From assembly GCF_018977255.1 (NCBI RefSeq), contig NW_024704743.1:16494001-16558000 (forward strand): 64,000 nucleotides of DNA. The letters are read 5' to 3'. Source of the stretch: Callorhinchus milii. Taxonomy: Eukaryota. A program made the translations under genes and the position numbers. Shown piece by piece: positions 62,905-64,000 of the stretch. The notes under the pieces are model-generated. The model ran no database searches. It was given only the letters and a program-made list of their open reading frames with translations, and was not told the DNA's origin. Each line of letters begins with the position of its first letter. The first letter of the stretch is position 1.

Positions 62905-63505
62905 TTACATATACCTGGACTTCCAAAAGCGATTGAAAAAATACAACATGAAAGATTATTTCACAGACTGATGTCTCTGAGTATCCAGAGCAAGACATGG
63001 ATTCAAAATGTGCAGAAAGGAAGCAAGCAGAGGGTAATTGTTAGGAGAGAAATGTAAATATGAAACGGGCATTAAGCAGGGTGCCTCAGGGGGTCTGTAT
63101 TAGGTCCCCTCTTGTTCCTAGGATTCACAGACCCAGTGTAACATAGGTAAAACTGCCAGATGACACCAAGTCTTAATTGTTGAATCAGATGAGGCAGCAA
63201 AAGAGTTGCAAAGAGAGCTTGATAGGTATGTGTATCGGCTGATGACTTGTAAAAGAAGTTTAATATAGAGGCCCATGTACTCCATAGTTGCAGTAGAAAG
63301 AGATCTAGGCATGTTAGTTCACTCATCACCTCACCATATGTGAGATAGTTATAAACAAATAAAGTGGGTCATGATAAAGCTGTGTAGTGCTGTGGTCAGG
63401 CTACATCTAGAGTACTGCATACAGTTTTGATCGCAGCGACATAAGGTTGCTTTCCTGCCCTCTCAGGATTGCAGAGGAGTATGACAAAGATAACCAGTAT
63501 GGGAA
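62905..63505 (+). mobile_element. Decayed CR1 RT fragment. Other CR1 remnants at ~5725-5850(-), 14870-15010(-), 32575-32797, 37105-37297, 38080-38650(-), 47770-48020(-), 53087-53240, 59740-60110, 62010-62222
   Basis: [19 protein letters not shown] and VRLHLEYCIQF motifs with frameshifts. Confidence 0.82.
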
Positions 63506-64000
63506 CTGTAGCTGATTTTACACTCCGTAACTTGGGAACATGAATTGAACTTGCTATTGACTCCTCTGCTTGACTTTGTGGACACTCTGTGAACTTTTAA
63601 AGTGTTCGTGTAAGTTCTTTAAACACTTCTCATTATAAGTTCTAAGTTATCTGCCAAGGCTTGAGAAGTTACTGACCAGTGGAAATAAAGATGCACTCAC
63701 GAGCCAAGCAACGTAATACTCACAAAATTGGGGTAGTAGAGGGTTTGAAATTTATAGTTGTGTTACACATAGCGCTATTGGCAATATCCAAAATAGAATT
63801 TCCCCATTATAATCACACATTGCCAAAGTTACCTCTAACATCAAATGAAATTTCAGACCATAAGTACTTATTATAGCTACAATACTTGTATAATTATAGC
63901 ATTAGTATCTCCCCATCCAATAGCAATGAAATTTATATGATACTAAATATATCCCTTGTGTTTGATTTTTTGATTCTGTAAGTTACTAAAATGTTATATT

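Overview
Eukaryotic (vertebrate) genomic DNA. The repeat families (tRNA-headed SINEs with (ATT)n tails, Deu-domain SINEs, L2 and CR1 LINEs) suggest a cartilaginous fish, possibly a chimaera; this is inference. Two spliced + strand genes can be rebuilt by hand with GT-AG junctions in consistent phase. (1) The last six coding exons of VPS41 (3127-12411; clathrin-repeat end plus C-terminal RING-H2). (2) The first five coding exons of AMPH/amphiphysin (ATG 24861 to exon 5 end 62721; N-BAR domain), with a ~27 kb first intron. This gene order and orientation is the same as in human. Nearly all long ORFs in the track are artefacts of tandem repeats or decayed LINEs. The most unusual region is ~22.5-27.8 kb: AMPH exon 1 and a few ~60-170 bp unique islands are embedded in ~5 kb of consecutive, different micro/minisatellite arrays with alternating G/C strand skew. 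One island holds a split (9-bp spacer) REST/NRSF RE1 site. Other observations are an apparently shifted VPS41 last-exon acceptor, nested and inverted retroelements, a local templated duplication and an unclassified repeat. I found no convincing new protein-coding system.
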